From NCBI RefSeq assembly GCF_006345805.1, contig NW_021836516.1:1-23709 (forward strand): a DNA stretch of 23,709 nucleotides, read 5' to 3'. Position numbers and translations under genes: made by a program. Below, one piece after another: positions 1-8,993 of this stretch; the first letter of the stretch is position 1, and every line of letters begins with the position of its first letter. This DNA is from Octopus sinensis (Eukaryota). The notes beneath the pieces were generated by a model. It worked only from the letters and a program-made list of their open reading frames with translations. It had not been told where the DNA came from and did not search any database.

Positions 1-533
1 TTTATAAGGCAGTCTTCAAACTTGCCCACATGGCTTAGGGCATCTGGAGGGCGATATTAGCACACACAACTACATCAAGTTGCCTAATATGTACCAATTA
101 GTGTGTCACACACCGAGTTGAGTATGACAAGAGGAACTGGGGTGTGAGGTCCTCACGGATGTACAGAGCAACACCTCCATGACTCCTTTCTTTCCTCGTC
201 GGTCTGTAGTACAGCATACTGTGGTATGTGTAAACCCCGCATCTGCTATGTCCGGTTTCAGGTGCGTTTCCGTAAGTGCTATGCATAAGGCTGATTGCAT
301 GCAACAAAGTCTCTCAGGAACGGGATCTTTGTCCTGTTAATGAGTGTTTGCAGTCCTCTGATGTTTCAGTAGGAGCATCGAGGTGAGGTGTAACGTGTTG
401 CCGGCGGGGTGTCCATCCTGGGTCTGCTTGCTGTGGTGGTCTGGTATAGTGGGTAGTCCCACCTGCGGGCTTGGGTTGATGAAGCCAGGTCAGGTTGTGT
501 ACATTTTTGTGCCATGCACAAAAAGATTGTTGC
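1..533 (-). mobile_element. 5'-truncated CR1-clade LINE fragment (end of ORF1 + start of ORF2 APE endonuclease), runs off the left edge
   Basis: The reverse complement aligns closely by eye with 14640-15158 of the central LINE. It has the same ORF1 end (TSPRCSY*) and, across frameshifts, the EN N-terminus (MLLLN.., ALCIALTETHLKPDIADA, ERSHGGVALYIREDLTPQ). The 5' end abuts a (TA)n tract. Confidence 0.92.
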
Positions 534-552
534 ATGTATGTATATATATACG

Positions 553-592
<40 letters not shown>

Positions 593-598
593 TATATA
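534..598. repeat. (TA)n microsatellite
   Basis: Direct inspection. Confidence 0.98.
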
Positions 599-890
599 CC
601 GGAGTAAACACATAAATGTGAAACAAGGTGGAAAAAAAAGTGTACTCAAATACCAGTGGTAGAGTAATATGCTTTATTTTAAGCAGCAGAAAATTCAACA
701 AAATCTGTTACTCTGAGTTTCTCGTTGCCGTTCATCAGACAGTTTTTGCTAGAATGGAACTGATATATCAATTCAATCTATACTCTTACAAACGCTACAC
801 CTTTAAAAAGAAATGGACTTGTTTGATTGGCCCTCTAGAAAAAACAGTCAATCTTCGAGCGATAAACAAAAAGGTCAAAAATATATGTAT
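599..890 (-). mobile_element. Probable PLE 3' terminal (pseudo-LTR-like) segment
   Basis: Contains the hammerhead, followed on the minus strand by AATAAA (plus 674-679), and ends at a (TA)n tract. It lies downstream of, and on the same strand as, the Naiad-like ORF end. Boundaries are approximate. Confidence 0.5.
699..748 (-). ncRNA. Minimal type I hammerhead ribozyme (PLE-type)
   Basis: Minus strand reads CAAAAACUGU-CUGAUGA-ACG GCAA CGA-GAAA-CUC A GAG-UA-ACAGAUUUUG. It has intact CUGAUGA and GAAA core boxes, a GUA cleavage triplet, a 10-bp stem I with one A.A mismatch, a short stem II (A.A at its base) and a near-palindromic stem III with a 1-nt loop. Confidence 0.8.
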
Positions 891-1779
891 ATATATATAA
901 AAAAACTTATAAAAGTTATAAAAATTATAAAATCCGAGGAAAAAACCTATTGACGTTAATGAAGACAGTGCAAATTAATGCACAGAAATTAAACCTGTTA
1001 TAAATACTGCAATACATATTTATATTAAAATCTACATATATATATCAACATACACAAAAGGATGCTCGTAAACGCCATACATACATATACAGACGTATGA
1101 ATATGAATCTAAATATACACATAAAAGCATGTGTACATATATTCACGCAAACCGCAAGCTAAAATTCATCTATGTAGCAATTCTCGTATACTGAGCAAGG
1201 AGGGGGAACGAAAGAAAGGGAAAGAGAGAAAAAGGAACGAAGGAGGGGTGGGGAAAAAAACTTATGTATACAAGCAGTGTAACTATGTTATTGGCATCTA
1301 TAGAGACCAGTATACATACACAAGTTTAAATGGATACATATACATACCGTCGTGTATATGTGTGCTTAAGCACAAACATACTTTCACTTACACATACACA
1401 GATACGCATGCTTACAAATACATATGCTTTGCTATACACATACTTATATAAACATTCTAATTTTGACAACATTGCTTTTAAAAATGGGTGCATTAATAAA
1501 AATATATACGAAAGACATATAAAATAAAATATAACATCCTATTTTGGGTCATTTATAATAATCAAGGTAATATAAATAATCAAGGTAATCCTATGCAATA
1601 CAATAACATGAACAAAGTTGTAGGTTTTTCCTATATATATGTAGAACATAAGACTTTGCTATAACGGATTAAGATCCGCATAGCTTGGAAACAAAATCAA
1701 AATCCATCATAGCGCTCAAGAGTCTAAATCAAAATCAAAACAAATACAAAATATACTCTATCCATATGGTATTTATATT

Positions 1780-2425
1780 CGACATTTTAAATTTAGCCGC
1801 GTGCCTACATAAGTTCATTACTCACTTCTTTGATTCAAAGAATATTGTCTTTGATAAGCTGTACATTTTTTCTAATAACAAAGTCTGCACTTGAAATTGT
1901 TTTTGTAAGCCCAGCCTGTATGGTGCCGCCCTGTCCAGAATGCTCCATGTCACGTTGAAAGGTGGGGCTTCCTTTTCTTTTAGTTCCCAGACATATTTTG
2001 CTAGGCTGGTTTCTTCCTATTCTCTGAATGATTTTTATGACAATAAATCTTGTTTTAAATGAATTTTCGAAGCCCCTGTGTATGTCTTGTATTCCATGAG
2101 CCTTCCACTTGCACCTTGGCTCTATAAACTACTCCTTTCACTAGACATTTCCCTTCTAACGGACAGGAGCTTTCGTTTTTGCAATTACATTTCTTAATAG
2201 GCTCGGCACCATGTCTAATCTCAATTAGCTTCCTATTATTTGGCTAATGTAAGAGGCGAAATTTTCTGCAACAAGAATAGCTAACCTTCAGGGTTCTTCT
2301 ATTAAATATTCTGTAGAATTTATGACCCTGCTTAAAATGCTTAGAGACTAATCTCAAAATTCCTTACCTATATTAGTCTTTACGGCCAATTGAAAGCCGG
2401 GTTGAACCACAAAACTTCCTGGTCC
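1780..2425 (-). mobile_element. Naiad-like Penelope-like element fragment (RT thumb/linker + GIY-YIG endonuclease), pseudogenised
   Basis: Not in the ORF track. Manual minus-strand translation across frameshifts gives [127 protein letters not shown] recognise this motif series as Naiad-clade PLE. Confidence 0.85.
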
Positions 2426-2536
2426 TAATGTATATATATATATGTATATATAATATGTATATAATATATATATGATATATATATATATATTATGTATATA
2501 TATATATGTATATATATATATGTATATATATATATG

Positions 2537-2568
<32 letters not shown>

Positions 2569-2851
2569 TTATTGATATATATGTATATCTATATATATAT
2601 ATTATATGTATATATGTATATGTATATATATATATGTATATGTATATATGTATATGTATATATATGTATATATATATATATGTATATATATATATGTATA
2701 TATGTATATATGTTATATATATGTATATATATATATATATCTGTATATGTATATTGTATATGTATATATTGTATATATATATTGTATATATAATATATGT
2801 ATATATATATATATGTTATAGTATATATGTATTATATAATGTATTATGTAT

Positions 2852-2886
<35 letters not shown>

Positions 2887-3031
2887 ATAATGTATATATG
2901 TATATATATTATATGTATTATAGATAATGTTATATGTATTGTATATGTATATATGTATATATATATATGTATATATCTGTATATATGTATATATATTATA
3001 TATATGTTATGTATATATGTATATATATATA
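2426..3031. repeat. Imperfect (TA)n/(TATG)n array
   Basis: Direct inspection. Confidence 0.98.
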
Positions 3032-4094
3032 TGTAAGGAATTCCAGACGCGAGTTGATGTCCACAGCTTGTGCGCCGTGTCCGGTTGGGTGCGCATTACC
3101 ACGACTCGCCACCCACACCCAACGAAGAGGACTGCTTCACTGGCCTGGGCCGCCGACCATCCCCGTGGATGCCTGCCCTGGCCAGATCCTAGCAGTGGAT
3201 CTTTTCGCGGGCGCTTGTCAGCGTGCATTGGAGCGGTTCAACTTCTCCAGGCGCCAACGCCCGCCTCAATCTCCTCCCCGCTGAGCTCTTGGCTCTTCTT
3301 CGTTCCCTCCAACGGCGCGCTGACATTATCTTCAAACCGGCTGACAAGGGTGGAGCTGTAGTGGTGTGGCGCGCGGACCTCTATAGGGCCGAGGCTTTCC
3401 GCCAACTCAATGACACCTCCTTCTATCCCCTCTGCCCTCTAACCCCACACGTAGCTACCAACGGGTATCCTCTACTGTCCAAGACCTCATCTCGTCCTCC
3501 CGTCTCCCCCACCGCATCCAACCTAATTGTGCGAACCCCACGTACCCCACCATTTACTTCCTCCCCAAAATCCACAAACCCAACAACCCTGGCCGCCCCA
3601 TCGTCTCCGCCTGTAACTGCCCCACGGAGCTCATCTCTAAATACCTCGGACCGTGTCCTTTGCCCCCCTAGTGGCATCTCTTCCCTCCACATCCCGATAC
3701 CAACCATGCTCTCCGGCTTTTCAACTCTTTCTCCTTTCCTCCCGGCTCCTCCAAAATCCTTTTTACTATGGACATCCAAAGCCTCTATACTGTTATCCCT
3801 CAACCACGAAGGACTGCAGGCCTTCGACACTTTCTTGACCTCCGCGCTCTAACCCTGTACCTGACACCTCCACACTCATTCGTCTGGCCGAACTTGTCCT
3901 TACTCTGAACTGCTTCTCGTTCGCGGGCGAGTTCTACATCAGGTCTCGGGAGTGGCCATGGGAACACGCGAATGGGCCCCAACTATGCGAACCTGTTCGT
4001 TGGCTATGTTGAGGCCAAAATATTCTCTAATTTCACTGGTCCCACTCCTGAACTATATGGTCGTTACATTGACGACATTTCGGTGCCACCTCAC
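3032..4094 (+). mobile_element. Neptune-like PLE internal fragment (N-terminal region to the RT YIDD motif), truncated at both ends, frameshifted
   Basis: Motifs IIFKPADKGGAVVVWRADLYRAEAFRQLND, GVAMGT, GPNYANLFVGYVE and RYIDD across frames. Homologous to the reverse complement of about 7324-8377. Confidence 0.92.
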
Positions 4095-4592
4095 GAAGGT
4101 CGATCATATAACGAGAGGAGAAATGAACAAATCAGACAAAATAGATAGAAATCAGATAAATAGTTAGATAGATAGAGAAACATGTATGATCAGTCTAGGA
4201 GTGAAAATAGCATTCAAACTTATCTGTGCACGGGATTATATAGCTGGTAGATGAGGTAGATAATGAGAGAGAGAGAGAGAGAGCACATGTTGTGGGTTGC
4301 CTTCTAAGTAAAAAGTTGTCCGGAGAAGGATTTTTTGGAGAAGGCGGAAGTGTATTAAAGGAAACAGGTTTCAAGATGGCGAATCGAAGGTCGATCATAT
4401 AACGAGAGGAGAAATGAACAAATCAGACAAAATAGATAGAAATCAGATAAAATAGTTAGATAGATAGAGAAACATGTATGATCAGTCTAGGAGTGGAAAT
4501 AGGCATTCAAACTTATCTGTGCACGGGATTATATAGCTGGTAGATGAATGAGAGAGAGAGAGATAGAGGGAGCACATGTTGTGGGTTGCCTT
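4094..4592. repeat. Tandem duplication with 291-bp period (about 210-bp copies at 4094-4303 and 4385-4592, 81-bp unique spacer)
   Basis: cgaaggtcgatcatataacgagagg...cacatgttgtgggttgcctt occurs twice, nearly identical. Confidence 0.95.
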
Positions 4593-4652
4593 ATATATAT
4601 ATATGTATATGTATATACATATATGTATATATGTATATATATTATGTATATG

Positions 4653-4684
<32 letters not shown>

Positions 4685-5033
4685 GTATGTTATATATTAT
4701 GTATATACATATATATATATATATCTGTATATATGCGTATATTATATGTATATACATCTATGTGTATATATATTATATATGTATATATATATATGGTATA
4801 TATATATATATAGTATATATATATGTATATAGTGTATTATATATATATATGTATATATTACTTATGTGTATATATACATATATTATATATATATATGTTA
4901 TACTATGTATATAATATATGTATATTAAATATATATGTATATATATATATATATTATCTATATATGTATATATTATACCTATATATGTATATATATATAT
5001 GTATATATATATATGTCTATATATATGTATATG

Positions 5034-5076
<43 letters not shown>

Positions 5077-5089
5077 CATATATATGTAT
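4593..5089. repeat. Imperfect (TA)n array
   Basis: Direct inspection. Confidence 0.98.
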
Positions 5090-5168
5090 GAAGCCTTTTG
5101 GCTTCACAGACCCCAGTAGAACCGTCAAACCCATGCTAGCATGAAAACGGACGCTAAACGATGATGAT
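5090..5168 (+). mobile_element. 3' tail fragment of a SINE/RTE-type retroposon ending in (GAT)n
   Basis: ..ccgtcaaacccatgctagcatgaaaacggacgctaaacgatgatgat. It has hairpins GAAGCC-tttt-GGCTTC (5090-5105) and CATGCTAGCATG (5132-5143) closed by CCGT/ACGG, then a GAT tail. It resembles a common Octopus retroposon 3' end from memory (not database-checked). Confidence 0.55.
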
Positions 5169-5348
5169 TATATATATATCTATATATATATATCTATATA
5201 TGTATATATATATCTATATATATATATATATATATATACTATATATATATATCTTATATATATATCTATATACATATATCTATATATATATATATATCTA
5301 TATATATAATTATAATCTCTATATATATATATATATATGTATATATAT
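5169..5348. repeat. (TA)n/(TATC) array
   Basis: Direct inspection. Confidence 0.97.
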
Positions 5349-5391
5349 GCACAGTTTTATAAAAGGTTTTTAAAAAAGATTGATAGCTTCA

Positions 5392-5522
5392 CAGAAAAGG
5401 TGAATCCATCCATATTAATGCAGGTGTAATTTCCGGAGATATGAGGAGAGATTTTATTCTCAGAGAAGATGAATGTATCCATAATAATGCAGATGTAATT
5501 TCCTGATATATGAGGAGAAGAT
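5392..5522. repeat. Diverged 69-bp tandem duplication (about 2 copies)
   Basis: cagaaaaggtgaatccatccatattaatgcaggtgtaatttccggagatatgaggagag at 5392 vs cagagaagatgaatgtatccataataatgcagatgtaatttcctgatatatgaggagaag at 5461. Confidence 0.9.
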
Positions 5523-5553
5523 ACTGATCACACATCTATTCGTTTTATTTGAT

Positions 5554-5621
5554 TTAATTTAGGTTAATTAAATTAACCTAAATTAACCTAACTTAAAAAC
5601 ATCGGTGTACAAAACCGATGT
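5554..5621. repeat. Two adjacent perfect inverted repeats
   Basis: 16-bp arms at 5554-5569 and 5571-5586 with a 1-nt spacer. 8-bp arms ACATCGGT (5599-5606) and ACCGATGT (5614-5621) with a 7-nt loop. Confidence 0.9.
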
Positions 5622-5650
5622 ATTAGTATAATGCTCAAGAATAGAAAAAA

Positions 5651-5688
5651 CCTTCTACGTTTCGTGCCTACACTCTTCTACAGAAAGG
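5651..5688 (-). ncRNA. Variant minimal hammerhead-like motif at the 3' end of the Neptune-like PLE
   Basis: Minus strand reads CCUUU-CUGUAGA-AGA-GUG UAGG CAC-GAAA-CG-UA-GAAGG. It has a GAAA box, palindromic ACGU stem III, a UA cleavage site and a 5-bp stem I, but a non-canonical CUGANGA box. Confidence 0.6.
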
Positions 5689-6359
5689 GACACAGTAAAA
5701 AACAAGGAGAGAAAAAAAATGTGTGTAGTGGCTAATGATCTATCATGGCGACAGAAGGGTCACACAGGAGAGCGAAGAATTAGGGGAGATAACAAAGTAA
5801 AAATGACCCCCAACACGAAGGTGCGTGTGCGTATAAGACAGTATGTATGTGCATGTGAAAGAGGGCTGGTGGTCTGGACGCGTGCATGTATGTATGTGTA
5901 GGTGTGAAAATGTGGGGATGGGAATTGGTCAGTGCTGGTGTGTGGGAGGCGTGTTGTGATGTGATGTGTAATGTTGTATGTTGTTGTGTGGTGTGATGTT
6001 GTTGGGAGGCGGGAGTGGGGAAAGCATGGGTGGGGTGTGGGTTCGGCTGAGGGTGGGGGTCGAGGTGGGGTTTGTGGATAGGCAGAGGTGGGGTATGTAG
6101 GAGAGGGTGTAGGGGAAATGATGGGGGGATGGGAAGGATAGGGAAGGTGGAGTAGGAATATGTAGGGGGTGGGGTGGGCTTAGGGAGAGGGTTGACAATG
6201 AAGGGGAAGGTGGGTATGTGAGGAGAGAGAGCAAGAGGGAAGAGAGAAAGAGGGAAGAAAGTAAGAGAGAAGAGGGAAAGAGAGTAGGGGTGAAGAGAAG
6301 TAGGAGTCGGGGCAAGTGAGGAAGTAGGAGGGAGGCAAGGGGAGGAGGTTTGACGAAGA

Positions 6360-8993
6360 GGGGAGGAACTTGAGCTCAAATGGCATAAAGGAGCGAAGAG
6401 AGAAGATTAATCCCTGTTCACAGCGCAAACGGGAGTCAGGATGACCCCTGTGCAAGGACAATCTGAACACGGACAGGTGTTGCAAAGAGTGACCGGTAGA
6501 GTGGAAATGGCATGAGACCGGGGTGTCATGGTGTCATTGCCAAGGCCAAGTGTCGTCCTGTTTGTCCGATGTACAGAGAAAGCAGGAGATGCAATAGATG
6601 ATCTTGGTGGACGTGCAGGTGATGGAGTTGGTGATGCGATAGGGTCGATGGTGGGTGCTGGTGAGGAGGGTGGTGTTGGAGAGATAAGGGCAAGTGCGGC
6701 AGCGTGGGTGGGAGCAGGGGAATGAGCCAGGTTGGGAGGTAGGGTTGGGGAAGAAGCTGTGGACCAAGAGGTGTCATAGGTTGTGGGCTCGTTTGAAGGA
6801 GGGGAGGGGTTGGTTAGGGAAGATGTGTGAAGTGGACAGGCAGGACTGGAGATGCTGGAAAGCTCAGAGAATGGTGCATTGGAGAGGTGGGGTGGTAGGT
6901 GAGGGGAAAAGGGAGGTGGGGGACTGCAGGGCAGATGCTGGGGGAGAGAGCAGATGCACAATCCACAGAATGTGCTCTGGCAAGAGCAGTGTGGATAGTG
7001 GTGAGGGGATATCCACGTAGAATGAAGTGGCGAGCCATGAGTTGAGACTGAGTCTCAAAGTCATGGTCGTCACTACAGAGCCTGCGTAGACAGAGGAATA
7101 GGGAATGGAAAGCTTGGTGTGTTTGGGGTGGGAGGAGGAGAAGTTGAGGTATGAGTGTGAGTCTGTCTGTTTGTAGTGGATGGAGGTGGTAAGAGTGGAG
7201 TGATGAATGCTGACCGTAATGTCAAGAAAGGAGACAGGTGTCAGAGATAGTGCAGGAGAAGTGGAGGGCAGGATGGAAAGATTTGACAAAAGAGAGGAAG
7301 GAGTCTAAATGTTCGCGGGAGAGTGAGGTGGCATCGATACAGTCGTCAATATAACAGCCATATAGTTCAGGAGTGGGACCAGTGAAACTAGAGAATATTT
7401 GGGCCTCAACATAGCCAACAAACAGGTTCGCATAGTTGGGGCCCATTCTTGTTCCCATGGCCACTCCCGAGAACTGCTGGTTGAAATCGCCCGCAAACAA
7501 GAAGCAGCTGAGTGAGAGGACAAGTTCGGTCAGGCGAACGAGTGTGGAGGTGTCGGGTTGGGGATTGGGTCAGATGTCCAGGAAGTGTTTAAGTGCATGC
7601 AGCCCCTCGTGGTGAGGGATCACAGTGTAGAGGCTCTGGATGTCCAGAGTAAAGAGAAGTTTAGAGGGGCCAGGAGGGAGGGAGAAAGAGTTGAATAGAG
7701 CATGGTTGGTGTTGTGGATGTGAGAAGGGAGAGAAGCCACTAGGGGAGCAAGGACACGGTCGAGATATTTGGAGATAAGCTCGGTGGGGCAGTTACAGGC
7801 GGAGACGATGGGGCGGCCAGGGTTGTTGGGTTTGTGGATTTTGGGGAAGACGTAAATGGTGGGGGTGCAGGGGGTTCGGACAATGAGGTTAGAGGCGGTG
7901 TGGGGGAGACAGGAGGACGAGATGAGGTCATGGATGGTAGAGGAGACCGTCTGTTGGTAGCTGGACGTGGGGACAGAGGGCAGTAGAAGGAGGTGTCATG
8001 AAGTTGGTGGGGAGCTTCGGCCTTATAGAGGTCCGCACGCCATACCACCACGGCTTGTCAGCCTTGTCGGCCAATTTTATAACAATGTCAGTGCGCCGTC
8101 GGAGGGAACGAAGAGCCGAGAGTTCGGCTGGGGAGATGTTGAGACGACAGGGACGCCTGGAGAAGTTGAACCAGTGCACAGCATGCTGGCAGGCACCCGC
8201 AAAAAGATCAACTGCTTGGAACTGGCTCGGAGCAGGCACCCACTGAGATGGTCAGCGGCCCAGGTCAGTGAAGCAGTCCTCCTCGTTTGATGCAGGTGGA
8301 GTGTTGCAGAAAAGTGCACACAACCTAACACGGTGCACAAAACTGTGGATATCAGCACGAGTCTGAAATTCATTACAGGATGGAGTGAGGGGGATGAAAT
8401 GCAGACCCCTACTGAGGATGGAGTGCTCAGCCACAGAGAGGGGAAGATCTGGGGGTATGGTAACAACAGACTGAAATGGAGAAGGGGTGAATGGAGTAGA
8501 AGTAGGAGGGGTGGATGGAGGGGTGGTAGGGCTGGTGGAAGGCTGGGAGGGAGGGGTGGAGATGTGTGAGGGGGTTGGGTGTGGGTGGGTGGAGCGTATC
8601 AGGGAGGGAGAAGGGTAGTGGAGGAGTTGGGGTAGTGGCATTGGGTGTGAAGGAATGGAGGAGTGAGTGGAGTTTACGAAGTTTGGTGTTGGTAAGATAT
8701 TGATGAAAGAGATGATTTAAACGAATTATATAATGCAACGTGTTGTGAGCATGGAAGGGCGGCAGAGAGGAGAAAAAGGAGGGAGAAGGCGGTTGATGGT
8801 ATGTATTTTAGAGTGATTAGAGTGAATGGTGGCACGCATAAGGCGGTAGGATGTGGTACGGAGTATGGGTAGGATGGATGAAGCAGAGTGGAGAGTGGGG
8901 TGGAAATGAGGCGGAAACATTTAGGGATGAAGCAGCGACTGAGAAATGAAATATGGCTGGAGAAGCAAGTTTTTTTGAAAATGAGTAAAGAAA
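6360..8993 (-). pseudogene. PLE RT/GIY-YIG polyprotein, many frameshifts
   Basis: Across frames: LSRGLHFIPLTP, KLADK, GVAMGTRMGPNYANLFVGYVE, CYIDD, VSFLDITV, HYKQTDSHSYLNFSSSHPKHTKLSIPYS, RLRRLCSD, GSFPCSHPRCRTCPY (Neptune-type Cys linker), IIYCISC..LYIGQTGR, TPVSCHF..GHS, EQGLIFSL. Confidence 0.93.

Larger units (their letters stand above)
5600..8993 (-). mobile_element. Neptune-like Penelope-like element, near full length, 5' end lost
   Basis: Degenerate RT + Cys-linker + GIY-YIG ORF, then a low-complexity 3' UTR and a hammerhead-like motif. The 3' boundary is approximate. Confidence 0.93.

Noticed and set aside
1557-1589. 15-bp direct repeat AATAATCAAGGTAAT (period 18)
   Set aside because: A small slippage duplication in AT-rich DNA; it does not flank an insertion, so it is not a TSD.
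1790-2300. Selenocysteine recoding in the Naiad-like fragment
   Set aside because: The conserved Cys positions read TGT/TGC, the stops seen are decay, and no convincing SECIS was found by eye.
2472-3036. Long Y/I/C/M/V-rich ORFs here and at 4482-5373, 11564-12401 and 18055-19206
   Set aside because: These are translations of stop-poor (TA)n/(TATG)n microsatellites, not proteins.
5780-6379. Pro/Ser/His-rich minus-strand ORFs of 128-199 aa
   Set aside because: Low-complexity CT/CA-rich 3' UTR of the PLE; no domain motifs.
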